Of a stretch of DNA of 60,158 bases, positions 12,117 to 21,553 are shown in pieces. The notes beneath the pieces are model-generated. The model did no database searches and was not told where the DNA came from. It saw only the letters and a list, made by a program, of their open reading frames with translations. The stretch spans positions 1 through 60,158 of the forward strand of contig JANJTJ010000001.1 of the NCBI GenBank assembly GCA_024711145.1. Direction: 5' to 3'. The stretch's first letter is position 1; each line of letters starts with the position of its first letter. Both the position numbers and the translations under genes were made by a program. This DNA is from Balneolales bacterium (lineage in GTDB: Bacteria > Bacteroidota > Rhodothermia > Balneolales > HLUCCA01).

Positions 12117-12673
12117 CGGGGGCGCGGTGCGGGCAGCAGGGCTTCCACCGCGCTCACCAGGGCCGCGTCGGTAGGTTTCACATCGCTGCGGAAGCGGCGC
12201 ACCAGGTTGCCGTTTCCATCAATCAGGAACTTCTCGAAATTCCAACGGATCTCGCCCGTGAAATCGCGGTTGGCCGCCGAGGTCAGATGGGCGAACAGCG
12301 GATGTTGGTCGTTTCCTTTCACACTCACTTTGGAGAAGAGCGGGAAGGTGACCCCATAGTTCACCTGGCAGAATTCGGCGATCTCCTCGTCGCTGCCGGG
12401 CTCCTGTCCCATGAAATTGTTGGCCGGGAAGCCCAAGATCACCAAGCCGCGATCGCTGTATTTGGCATACAATTCCTGCAGCTCCTTGTATTGGGGCGTG
12501 TAACCGCAGCGCGAGGCCGTGTTCACTACCAGAACTACTTTGCCTTGATAGGCGGAAAGTGCGACGTCGCGGCCGCGGATGTCCTTCACGGTGAAGGTGT
12601 GCAGGCCGCCGGTGGCGGAAGGGTTGCTAAGCATGGCCGTAAGGCTCAGAATCAAGGTTGCCAGTATTTTCAT
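12113..12673 (-). CDS. Glutathione peroxidase family protein (Cys type) with signal peptide
   Basis: [32 protein letters not shown]-terminus [15 protein letters not shown]. Confidence 0.92.
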
Positions 12674-12729
12674 CGTAATTTCTCCGGATGGATCGTTTTC
12701 ATAAGGTACTACCCGCGCGGATTCGTTCC

Positions 12730-13449
12730 ATGCGCGTGGCCGTTCTGGGGCTGATGCTCGCGGCGGCGGCACCCACCGCTTCCGCACAGATGTTTTCGGT
12801 GCCCAGCGCCCGCTCGGGCATCACCATGCCCAGCCTGCGGCTTTCTGCCGGGATCGAAGCCACGCAATGGGGTTTCTCCAGCGTACCGTCCAAGGCCGAC
12901 ATCTTCATCCAGTATGAGTTCTCGTCGCCGTTGCTGCGCCTGGAGGCCAGCCTGGAGTCGGTGAAGCTGCATGGCACCTTCGGCCGCAAGTTGGGCTCCT
13001 TGGCCATCGATTACACCGAAATCGGGGTGGAGATGGGCGACGGCATTCCGGTGTTCGCACGCGGGAACTGGGTAGTAACGGTGCCATTCCGCCTGAACAC
13101 GGTGTACACGCTGGTACGCAATTCGGTGACCGAGAACACCGCCCGCGAATTCAACCAGAACGCGGTGGCCGGCGGCACGGGCATCGGCATTTCGGGCCGC
13201 ATGGGCACGCGGGTCCGGTTCGAGGCGGAAGCGCTGGCCCGCTATGGCTATTCCTCGAACGGCTTCAACGGTACCGGCGGCGCCACCCGCATGCTCGAAG
13301 CGACCGGGCGGCTGCATGTGGACCGGTTGTTGGGCCCGGCCGGGTTGTCGGTCGGCGCCGGATACCGCTGGCGCGATTACCTGCTGGACACCGAGTCGCT
13401 GAACCACAGCCATCGGGGCACCCACCTCACCGTGGGGCTCACGTTCTGA
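12730..13449 (+). CDS. Hypothetical outer-membrane beta-barrel protein
   Basis: Signal peptide ending ASA-Q, amphipathic beta pattern, C-terminal LTVGLTF. Confidence 0.65.
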   Translation: MRVAVLGLMLAAAAPTASAQMFSVPSARSGITMPSLRLSAGIEATQWGFSSVPSKADIFIQYEFSSPLLRLEASLESVKLHGTFGRKLGSLAIDYTEIGVEMGDGIPVFARGNWVVTVPFRLNTVYTLVRNSVTENTAREFNQNAVAGGTGIGISGRMGTRVRFEAEALARYGYSSNGFNGTGGATRMLEATGRLHVDRLLGPAGLSVGAGYRWRDYLLDTESLNHSHRGTHLTVGLTF

Positions 13450-13456
13450 GGCGGCC

Positions 13457-13756
13457 ATGAAACCCGACAAACTGTTGCCTGAATTGGAAGACCTGGTACA
13501 GCGTTTCGGCTACCGGGTGCGGCGCGAGCGGGGCAGTTTCCGCGGGTCGAGTTGCGTGTTGGAAGGCGAAAACCTCATCGTACTGAACCGGAACCAGCCG
13601 GTGGAGGTGCAGGTGGCCACGTTGGCGCGGCTGATCCGCCAGCTCGACCACGGCTCCGTGTTTGTGAAACCGGCGGTACGCCGCGAACTGGAAGCCCTGT
13701 GGGACCGGTTCGCCGGTGCCGAGGAACCGGCGTTGCCCTTCGAGGACCCGGCCTGA
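13457..13756 (+). CDS. Hypothetical protein
   Basis: Host-like codon use, tightly packed in the operon, stop overlaps the next start (TGATG). Confidence 0.7.
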   Translation: MKPDKLLPELEDLVQRFGYRVRRERGSFRGSSCVLEGENLIVLNRNQPVEVQVATLARLIRQLDHGSVFVKPAVRRELEALWDRFAGAEEPALPFEDPA

Positions 13757-14541
13757 TGGTGCCCATGACCCTCACGTTCCTGGGCACGGGTACCAGCATG
13801 GGCGTACCGGTTGCCGGCGGATTCGGCCGCGAAACCCCCTCTACCGATCCACGCGACCAACGCTGGCGCACCTCGGCCTGGGTGCGCACGGCGCATACCT
13901 CCGTCGTGATCGATGCCGGCCCCGAGTTCCGTCTGCAGACCCTGAGGGCGGGTATCCGCCGCATCGACGCCCTGCTCATCACGCACGAGCATACCGACCA
14001 TGTGGGTGGCCTGGACGACCTGCGTCCCTTCAACTACACCCAACGCGCACCCATACCGGTGCTATGCCATCCGCGCACGGAAGCGCATATCCGCCGCCGG
14101 TTCGATTACATGTTCGAACCCGACAAAACCCCGGGTTCCGTGGATATGGCGTTCATGCCGGTAGGCCCGACCCGGATCGGAGACCTGGAGATCCGGCCGG
14201 TGCCGGTCATCCACGGCAATCTGGACATCCTGGGGTTCCGGATCAACGACCTGGGCTATGTGACCGATGCCTCCGAATTGGACGACGAGGCCATCGGGTT
14301 GCTCGCCGGTTGCGACACCCTGGTGCTCAACGGCCTGCGTTGGGAGCCGGAGCACCCCACGCATTTCACCATACCGCAGGCGGTGGAGGTGGCGCGCAGC
14401 ATCGGCGCCCGCCGCACCTGGCTGGTACACATGAGCACGCCGGTACGCCATGCCGACACCGACCGGCGGTTGCCCGAAGGCATCCGCCTGGCCTACGACC
14501 AACTCACGGTCAGCGTAGGTGGTCCTTCGGCGAGTCCTTGA
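13756..14541 (+). CDS. MBL-fold metallo-hydrolase (PhnP-like)
   Basis: FLGTGTSMGVP, IDAGPEFRLQ, THEHTDHVGG, YVTD. Confidence 0.9.
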   Translation: MVPMTLTFLGTGTSMGVPVAGGFGRETPSTDPRDQRWRTSAWVRTAHTSVVIDAGPEFRLQTLRAGIRRIDALLITHEHTDHVGGLDDLRPFNYTQRAPIPVLCHPRTEAHIRRRFDYMFEPDKTPGSVDMAFMPVGPTRIGDLEIRPVPVIHGNLDILGFRINDLGYVTDASELDDEAIGLLAGCDTLVLNGLRWEPEHPTHFTIPQAVEVARSIGARRTWLVHMSTPVRHADTDRRLPEGIRLAYDQLTVSVGGPSASP

Positions 14542-15589
14542 GGGCGTCCACCACTTTTTTGACGTCCTGAGCCGCATCCAGGCGGCAGACCATGAGGGTG
14601 TCGTCGGTTTCCACCAGGGCGATACCATCCAACCCGACCAGCGCCACAAAGCGGTCGCTGGAGGTTTTCACCAGGCAATTGGCCGAGCCGATGAACAGGG
14701 CTCCGGCGCTTCGGTCCACGTTTCCGGCCGGGTCTTTGCGGCCGAGTTCATGTACCGCCGTCCAGCTTCCCACATCGCTCCAGCCGAAATCTCCGGGTAC
14801 CACCCGCACATGGCCGGCTTTCTCCATGATGCCGTAATCGATGGAGATGGAGTTGACAGACCGGTAGAAGGTGTCGACGGCGGTGGTGAACCCGGGGTCG
14901 GCGCGGTCGGGCAGGGCCTGGGCCAGCACATGCATGTCGGGCAGGAGGCGGGCGAATTCGGCCTCCACGGTGTCGGCCCGCCAGATGAACATGCCGCTGT
15001 TCCATAGGAAATCGCCCGAAGCGAGGAACCGGAGCGCCGTGTCCAGATCGGGTTTTTCGGCGAAGGCTTTCACCCGATGGGCCGCGAAGGCCCCGCGCCG
15101 CTCGGTGGCCCGTTCGTCGGCCTGGATGTACCCGTAGCCGGTTTCGGGCCGGTGCGGGGTGATGCCGATGGTGACCAGGTCGGTGCCGGCCTCGGCTTGT
15201 TCGAACGCGGCATCCACTACGGAGAGGAATACCTCGGGCCGGGCGATGTGGTGGTCGGCCGGCAGCACCAGCATGGTGGCGTCGGCATCGCGCAGGCGCA
15301 GGATACGGGCCGCCAAAGCCACGCAGGGGGCCGTGTTTTTGGCCACCGGTTCGCCGATGATGTTCTCGGCCGGCAGATCGGGCAGCTGCTCCCGCACCAA
15401 GGCCACATAGGTCGCATTGGTGACCACCAGGATGCGGTCGGGGGTGAACCGGGACCGGATGCGGTCCACGGTCATTTGTATCATGCTCCGTTCGCCCAAC
15501 AGGTTCAGGAACTGTTTGGGCTTGGCGGAACGGCTTTCGGGCCAAAAGCGCGAACCCACGCCACCGGCCATGATAACGGCATATCTCAT
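14510..15589 (-). CDS. manC: Mannose-1-phosphate guanylyltransferase
   Basis: IMAGGVGSRFWP.SR..KPKQF, NTAP, PETGYGYI, EKP, WNSGMF, WSDVGSW. Confidence 0.94.
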   Translation of the reverse strand: MRYAVIMAGGVGSRFWPESRSAKPKQFLNLLGERSMIQMTVDRIRSRFTPDRILVVTNATYVALVREQLPDLPAENIIGEPVAKNTAPCVALAARILRLRDADATMLVLPADHHIARPEVFLSVVDAAFEQAEAGTDLVTIGITPHRPETGYGYIQADERATERRGAFAAHRVKAFAEKPDLDTALRFLASGDFLWNSGMFIWRADTVEAEFARLLPDMHVLAQALPDRADPGFTTAVDTFYRSVNSISIDYGIMEKAGHVRVVPGDFGWSDVGSWTAVHELGRKDPAGNVDRSAGALFIGSANCLVKTSSDRFVALVGLDGIALVETDDTLMVCRLDAAQDVKKVVDALKDSPKDHLR

Positions 15590-15604
15590 GCCGCAAAGAT
15601 AGCG

Positions 15605-16657
15605 CTAGGCCTGCGCCCGATCGGCATTCGGCAGAGTAAAGGAAAACACCGAACCCTTGCCCACCTCGCTTTCAATCATCAACCGCTCCCCATGCGCTTC
15701 GATGATGTGTTTCACGATGGCCAGGCCCAATCCGGAACCGCCCTGCTCCCGCGCGCGCGATTTTTCGGTGCGGAAGAAACGCTCGGTAACCCGGTTCACA
15801 TCCTGCGGGTCTATGCCCATGCCGGTGTCGCGCACACTGATCAACAGTTTGGCCGGGTTCTTGGGGTAGGTTTTGGCACCCACGTCCACCATGCCGCCCG
15901 GTTGGTTGTACTTGATGCCGTTTTCGACCAGATTGACCAACACCTGCCGGAGGGTGACCGGATCGGCCAATACCCGGATGCCCGGATCGAACCCCGCCAC
16001 CCGGATGGTGACCTGCGCGTCGAGGGCTTTCATCTGCAGGGAATCGACCACCTCGAGCACGGCTTCCTTCAGGAAAACGGGTTCTTTGGGGGGTTTGACC
16101 TCACCCGATTCGATGCGGGCGATTTCCAACAGGTCTTCGGTGAGTTCGATGAGGCGGCTCACGTTGCGGTCGGCCCGTTCGAGGAACCGGCGGTTCACGC
16201 GGGGGTCGTCCAATGCGCCGTTGAGCAGGGTTTCTATGAAGCCCTGGATGGCGAAGATGGGGGTTTTGAGCTCGTGGGAGATGTCGCCTATGAAATCCTT
16301 GCGGTAGGTTTCGAGCCGGTTGAGACGCAACAGCTCGGTACGGATGGTTTGCGAGGTGCGGCGGGTTTCCAGCAACAGTTCGTCCACCTCGTCGCGGGGT
16401 GCGAAGGGCTCGTCGGGCGTATCGAACCGACGCTCGGCAATCTGTTGCCAGGCATCGGTGATGCGTCGGAACCGGCGCCGCAGCAGTCGCCGCGCGTGCC
16501 AATACGTGGCCGAAAACACCACCACACCCCCGATGACGGCGTATTGGGCGGCCTCGCGCAGGGGCATGGTGGCCCAGAACGCGAGCCACAACACCACGGC
16601 CGATACCGTGGCCGTAGCCGAAGCCAGCCGCAAACCGGTTTGGAAGAGTTCGCTCAT
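15605..16657 (-). CDS. Sensor histidine kinase (PhoR-like)
   Basis: Two TM helices, HAMP-like linker, SHELKTP, NLVENGIKY, DTGMGI, GGSGLGLAIVKH. Confidence 0.9.
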   Translation of the reverse strand: MSELFQTGLRLASATATVSAVVLWLAFWATMPLREAAQYAVIGGVVVFSATYWHARRLLRRRFRRITDAWQQIAERRFDTPDEPFAPRDEVDELLLETRRTSQTIRTELLRLNRLETYRKDFIGDISHELKTPIFAIQGFIETLLNGALDDPRVNRRFLERADRNVSRLIELTEDLLEIARIESGEVKPPKEPVFLKEAVLEVVDSLQMKALDAQVTIRVAGFDPGIRVLADPVTLRQVLVNLVENGIKYNQPGGMVDVGAKTYPKNPAKLLISVRDTGMGIDPQDVNRVTERFFRTEKSRAREQGGSGLGLAIVKHIIEAHGERLMIESEVGKGSVFSFTLPNADRAQA

Positions 16658-17331
16658 TCCCGGAACCGGTAACCGACCCCCTTCACCGTTTCGATGTATT
16701 CCTCACCCAGCTTCTCACGGATCTTTCGGATGTGGACGTCCACGGTGCGGTCGATCACGAACACGTTGCTTCCCCATACTTCGTTGAGCAGGGTCTGCCG
16801 GTCGATCACCTTGCCTTTGCGCGCGGCCAGGAACCACAACACCTCGAATTCCTTGCGGGGCAACTGGAATTCGGTGGCGCCCCGGAGAACCAGGTACCGG
16901 TCCCGGTTGATGACCAGGTCGTGCGCGAGGATCTCGTTGCCCGGCTCCACCGCCTCGCCGATGCGGCGCAGCACGGTCTTTATGCGGCTCACCAGTTTGG
17001 CGGTGCTGATGGGTTTCTGCAGGAAATCGTCGGCTCCCACATCCAACCCTTCGATCTCGGTCTCTTCGTCGGCCCGCGCGGTGAGGAACATGACGGGGGT
17101 TTTGCGCAGGTCGGTACTTTCCTTGAGCTGACGCACCACGTCGATGCCGGTCATGCGCGGCATCATGATGTCCAGAATGATGAGGTCGGGATGATGCTTC
17201 CGTGCCAGACGCAACCCTTCCTGGCCGTTCTCGGCCGTAAGGACGTTGTAGCCCTCACGCTGGAGGTTGTATTCGATGAGTTCGAGCAGGTCGGCCTCGT
17301 CGTCCACAACCAGGATGGTTTCCTTCGCCAC
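16654..17331 (-). CDS. OmpR/PhoB family response regulator
   Basis: ILVVDDE, DIMMP, GADDFLQKP, RTVDVHIRKIREK, TVKGVGY. GTG start at 17331 chosen. Confidence 0.92.
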   Translation of the reverse strand: MAKETILVVDDEADLLELIEYNLQREGYNVLTAENGQEGLRLARKHHPDLIILDIMMPRMTGIDVVRQLKESTDLRKTPVMFLTARADEETEIEGLDVGADDFLQKPISTAKLVSRIKTVLRRIGEAVEPGNEILAHDLVINRDRYLVLRGATEFQLPRKEFEVLWFLAARKGKVIDRQTLLNEVWGSNVFVIDRTVDVHIRKIREKLGEEYIETVKGVGYRFRE

Positions 17332-17371
17332 GCCCAAAAGTATCTCCGGCTGGTTAAGCGAATGTTACGGT

Positions 17372-17959
17372 TCAGCGGTGCAAGAGCTGTAAGGCTTTTT
17401 TGACCAGGTCGCTTACGGGCAGGTTGTCGGCCCCTTCTTTGGCCAAGGTGGCCAAGGCTTTGTCGGCGTCGGCCCGGCGGTAGCCGAGGGCTTCGAGGGC
17501 CGATGCGGCCTCGGTGCGGGCGTCGGAACCGCCCCCGCCGGGTATGCCGGCACCGGGAGCTCCCATCTTGTCGCGCAGTTCGATGACCATGCGTTCCGCC
17601 GTCTTTTTGCCGATGCCGGGCACCCGCGAAAGTGCGGCCACGTCCTGCCGGGCGATGGCCCCGCCCAGGGCGTCGGCATCCAGACCGCTGAGGATGGTGA
17701 GCGCCGTTTTGGGACCTACGCCTTTTACCGTGATGAGCAGCTCGAACAGGCGTTTCTCGGTGGTGTCGAGGAACCCGAAGAGGCGTTGGTCGGCTTCGGT
17801 GATGTGGTGATGCACCCAGAGCCGCACGGCCTGGCCCGGCGCCGGCAGTTTTTGGGCGCAGGTGACGGTGATGCCTGCTTCGTACCCCACGCCGTGGCAA
17901 TCGATCCAGGCCCGGTCGGGGTGTTTTTCGATGAGGATGCCGTGCAGGAAGACGATCAT
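17372..17959 (-). CDS. ruvA: Holliday junction branch migration protein RuvA
   Basis: MIVFLHG, GVGYE, VKGVGPK, VPGIGKKTAER, ALEALGY. Confidence 0.95.
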   Translation of the reverse strand: MIVFLHGILIEKHPDRAWIDCHGVGYEAGITVTCAQKLPAPGQAVRLWVHHHITEADQRLFGFLDTTEKRLFELLITVKGVGPKTALTILSGLDADALGGAIARQDVAALSRVPGIGKKTAERMVIELRDKMGAPGAGIPGGGGSDARTEAASALEALGYRRADADKALATLAKEGADNLPVSDLVKKALQLLHR

Positions 17960-18525
17960 GAGCGGATGCGTTCGGGGTTGTCGGCGGCGAAGCGGGCCCA
18001 GGCGTCGCCGCGGCGGCGGGTGGAACGGTCGCGTTCGGTCACGGAGCCGGCGCCACCGCGCTGCAGGTGGCACCAGGCCACGGCGAGCGCATCGCTGGCG
18101 TCGCGGGGCAGGTCGCCGTGGTCGTAGCGGAGCACGTGGCCTACCATGCGTGCCACCTGCTCCTTGCCGGCGTTGCCCAAACCGGTGATGGACTTCTTGA
18201 CCATTTTGGGCAGATACTCGGTGACGGGCAAGCCGGCGTTCGCGGCGGCCAGGATGGCCGCCGCCTGGGCCCGCCCCAGCTTGAGCAGGGCGGTGGGGTC
18301 TTTGCCATAGACGGGCGTCTCCACGGCGCAGGCCGTGGGCCGGAAGGCCGCCACCAGGGCCTGCACTTCGCGGTAGATCTCCTGGATGCGGACGGCGTGG
18401 TCGGCATGGCTCAGGCGCAAGACCGAACAATGCTCCACCCGGTAGCCGTCCGGTCCGCGCACCACCACGGCCAGGCCGGTCACGCGCGAGCCGGGGTCTA
18501 TCCCCAGCACGCGTTCTTCATCCAT
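17956..18525 (-). CDS. ruvC: Holliday junction resolvase RuvC
   Basis: LGIDPG, AVE, VKKSITG.GNA.KEQV, DASDALAVA. Confidence 0.95.
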   Translation of the reverse strand: MDEERVLGIDPGSRVTGLAVVVRGPDGYRVEHCSVLRLSHADHAVRIQEIYREVQALVAAFRPTACAVETPVYGKDPTALLKLGRAQAAAILAAANAGLPVTEYLPKMVKKSITGLGNAGKEQVARMVGHVLRYDHGDLPRDASDALAVAWCHLQRGGAGSVTERDRSTRRRGDAWARFAADNPERIRS

Positions 18526-19369
18526 TTCCGTTGTCGGCGCTGCGCGCGGCGTCGAGCGCGGCCAGGTCGTTCATCAACTCTTCGGAAATGCCGTTGCTGG
18601 AGAACCCGCCATCGTGGAACAGGTTCTGCATGGTCACCTTGCGGGTGAGGTCGGAGAACAGGGTGATGCAGTAATCGGCGCAGTCGTCGGCCGAGGGGTT
18701 GCCCAGTGGCGAGAGCTTTTCGGCGAAATCGAACATGCCGTCGAAGCCTTTGATGCCGCTGCCGGCGGAGGTCTTGGTGGGCCCCTGCGAAACGGTGTTC
18801 ACACGGATGCCCCTGGCCCCCAAGCGCGAACCGTAGTTGCGTGCGATGCTTTCCAACAAGGCCTTGGCATCGTTCATGTCGGAATATTTCGAGAAGATGC
18901 GCTGGGCGCCGATGTAGCTGAGGGCCACCACGGACCCGCCGTCGGCGATCATGTCGTGCACGTAGTGGGCATGGTGCAACACGCGGTGCAGGGAGATGGC
19001 CGAGATGTCGAGCGTCTGATGGAACCAGTCGTAATCGATGTCTTCGTAGGGTTTCTTCTTGCGGATGTTGGGCGACATGCCGATCGCGTGCAGGATGAAA
19101 TCGACCTTGCCGAACCGGTCTTTCACCTGCCGCAGGAGGGCATCCACCTCTTCGTCTTTCGAGACGTCGCAGGGAATGATGGGTGCACCCGTGGCTTCTC
19201 CCAGGGCGTTGAGTTCGCCCATGCGCAGGGCGATGGGGGCGTTGGAGAGTACGAACTCGGCCCCTTCGCGGTGGCAGGCCAGTGCGACCCGCCATGCGAT
19301 GGAGCGCTCATCCAGGGCGCCGAAAATGATGCCTTTTTTGCCTGTGAGAAGACCGTGACCGGTGGACAT
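18518..19369 (-). CDS. fabI: Enoyl-ACP reductase
   Basis: GKKGIIFGALDERSIAW, LHAIGMS, YSDMNDAKALLES, VTMQNLFHDGG. Confidence 0.92.
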   Translation of the reverse strand: MSTGHGLLTGKKGIIFGALDERSIAWRVALACHREGAEFVLSNAPIALRMGELNALGEATGAPIIPCDVSKDEEVDALLRQVKDRFGKVDFILHAIGMSPNIRKKKPYEDIDYDWFHQTLDISAISLHRVLHHAHYVHDMIADGGSVVALSYIGAQRIFSKYSDMNDAKALLESIARNYGSRLGARGIRVNTVSQGPTKTSAGSGIKGFDGMFDFAEKLSPLGNPSADDCADYCITLFSDLTRKVTMQNLFHDGGFSSNGISEELMNDLAALDAARSADNGNG

Positions 19370-19472
19370 GACTGTGGGAGCTAATGTGGTACTGATGGTT
19401 CCGAACAAGGATAGGGAGGCGGAAGGCATTTTCACAAACCCCGCTGTTGTTGATAAGCGGTTGATAAAGCGG

Positions 19473-19480
19473 TATCTTTG
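19473..19480 (+). promoter_or_regulatory. TAnnTTTG promoter element upstream of ffh
   Basis: TATCTTTG about 70 nt upstream of the ffh ATG. Confidence 0.55.
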
Positions 19481-19547
19481 GCGTCTGCCTGCCGTTCGCG
19501 GCGGGCTGTTTGTCCCTGATTATTCGTAATCAACCTCAAACCGAACC

Positions 19548-20891
19548 ATGTTCGACGACCTTTCCGGCCGGTTGGCCGGCATCTTCAAGGATCTTTCCGG
19601 CCAGAGCCGCATTCGCGATGTGAACATCGCGGAGACGGTGCGCGAAATCCGCCGCGCCCTGCTCGACGCCGACGTGAACCTCGAGGTCGCCAAGGAATTC
19701 ACCCGCCGGGTGAAGGAGCAAGCCGAGGGCGAAGCCGTTCTGAGCACCGTTTCGCCGGGCCAGATGTTCACCAAGATCGTGTACGACGAATTGGTGCGGG
19801 CCCTGGGCTCCAAGAAGGAAGACCTGCGCATGGCTTCCGTGCCGCCCACGGTCATCCTCATCGCCGGTTTGCAGGGTTCCGGCAAGACCACCTTCGCCGG
19901 CAAGCTGGCCAAGTATTTCAAAGACAAGAAACAGACGCCCATGTTGGCCGCCGCGGACGTGTACCGCCCGGCCGCCGTGGACCAGCTGAAGACCCTGGGC
20001 GGGCAGATCGGGGTACCGGTGTTCTCCATCGTGGAAAAAGACGCCGTGAAAGTGGCCCGCGAAGCCCTGGCCGAAGCCCGTCGCACGGCCTGTTCGGTGC
20101 TCATCGTGGATACGGCCGGCCGCCTGCACGTCGATTCGGACATGATGACCGAGGTATCGCGCATCAAGGATGCCGTGAAGCCCAACGAGATCCTGTTCGT
20201 GGTCGATTCCATGACCGGCCAGGACGCGGTCAACACGGCCAAGGCCTTCCACGACGTGCTCGATTTCGACGGGGTGGTACTTACCAAGCTGGATGGCGAC
20301 ACCCGCGGTGGCGCGGCCCTCTCCATCCGGTCCATTGTCGAAAAACCCATCAAATTCGTCTCCACCGGCGAAAAACTCGACGCCCTCAGCGAGTTCCATC
20401 CCGAGCGCATGGCGCAACGGATCCTGGGTATGGGCGACGTGGTCTCTTTGGTGGAGAAGGCCCAAGAGCAGTACGACGAGACCGAGGCCCGCAAACTCCG
20501 CAAGAAGCTCTCGTCGGATTCCTTCGACCTGGACGACTTCTTCGCCCAGTTGCAGCAGATCAAGAAAATGGGATCCATGAAGGATCTGCTCGGCATGATG
20601 CCCGGTGTGGGCGCGGCCGTGAAGAACATGGATGTGTCGGACGACATGCTCAAACCCGTGGAGGCCATCATCCAATCGATGACACCCCGGGAGAAGGCCG
20701 ATCCGGACATCCTGAACGCGAGCCGCCGCCGCCGCATCGCCGACGGCTCGGGCACCACCGTGCGCGAAGTGAATGAGCTGATCAAGAACTTCGAGCAGAT
20801 GAAGAAGATGATGAAGGTCCTTTCGTCGCAAGGCGGAATGGCCAAGGCCATGCAGGCCATGAAGAACATGCCGAACATGCGTCGGCGCTGA
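19548..20891 (+). CDS. ffh: Signal recognition particle protein
   Basis: GLQGSGKTT, DTAGR, TKLDGDTRGG, Met-rich M domain. Confidence 0.98.
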   Translation: MFDDLSGRLAGIFKDLSGQSRIRDVNIAETVREIRRALLDADVNLEVAKEFTRRVKEQAEGEAVLSTVSPGQMFTKIVYDELVRALGSKKEDLRMASVPPTVILIAGLQGSGKTTFAGKLAKYFKDKKQTPMLAAADVYRPAAVDQLKTLGGQIGVPVFSIVEKDAVKVAREALAEARRTACSVLIVDTAGRLHVDSDMMTEVSRIKDAVKPNEILFVVDSMTGQDAVNTAKAFHDVLDFDGVVLTKLDGDTRGGAALSIRSIVEKPIKFVSTGEKLDALSEFHPERMAQRILGMGDVVSLVEKAQEQYDETEARKLRKKLSSDSFDLDDFFAQLQQIKKMGSMKDLLGMMPGVGAAVKNMDVSDDMLKPVEAIIQSMTPREKADPDILNASRRRRIADGSGTTVREVNELIKNFEQMKKMMKVLSSQGGMAKAMQAMKNMPNMRRR

Positions 20892-20927
20892 CCCTACCCG
20901 AACCAACCACCACCGAAGGAGACTCCC

Positions 20928-21539
20928 TTGGTAAAACTCCGCCTCCAACGCTACGGCCGCAAGAAGTTGCCGTACTACCACCTGGTAGCCGCCGACAGCC
21001 GTTCCCGCCGGGACGGCCGGATCATCGAAGATCTGGGCCGCTACAATCCGGTAGGCTCGCTCGAATCCGTCAAGATCAACACCGACCGTGTGATCTACTG
21101 GCTGAACAACGGCGCCCAACCGTCCGACACCGTCCGTGCCATTCTCAAAAAAGAAGGCGTGTACTACCGGTTGCACCTGCTGCGCTGGAAAAAGTCGGCC
21201 GAAGAGATCGAAGCCACCATTTCCGCTTGGAAAGCCGAGCGCGATTCCGCCAAACCTGCCGTTACCCGCGCCGCTGTCCGCAAGGCTTTGGTGAAGAACG
21301 AAGAAGGTGAAGTGAAGAAACGCCAGGCCGCCGCGGCCGTGGAAGCCGAAAAAGCCGCTGCCGCCGCCGCTGCCGCCGCCGCTACCGCCGCTGTGGCCGC
21401 CGCCGAAGTGGTGGAGGAAGCCCCGGTTGCCGAAGAAGTGGTAGCTGAGGAAGCACCTGTTGCCGAAGCTGCCGCCGAAGCTCCCGCTGTGGAAGCTGCC
21501 GAAGAAGCACCCGCTTCCGAAGAAGAACCCACCGCCTGA
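20928..21539 (+). CDS. rpsP: 30S ribosomal protein S16 with Ala/Glu-rich C-terminal extension
   Basis: VKLRLQRYGRKK.PYY..VAADSR..RDGR, GAQPSDTV. TTG start preceded by AAGGAG. Confidence 0.95.
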   Translation: MVKLRLQRYGRKKLPYYHLVAADSRSRRDGRIIEDLGRYNPVGSLESVKINTDRVIYWLNNGAQPSDTVRAILKKEGVYYRLHLLRWKKSAEEIEATISAWKAERDSAKPAVTRAAVRKALVKNEEGEVKKRQAAAAVEAEKAAAAAAAAAATAAVAAAEVVEEAPVAEEVVAEEAPVAEAAAEAPAVEAAEEAPASEEEPTA

Positions 21540-21553
21540 ACCATAGGAACCCT

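Noticed and set aside
12490-12520. Selenocysteine in the glutathione peroxidase
   Set aside because: The active-site codon is TGC (Cys), not TGA.
17372-18525. Absence of ruvB next to ruvA and ruvC
   Set aside because: ruvB is often unlinked from ruvA, so this is not evidence of loss.
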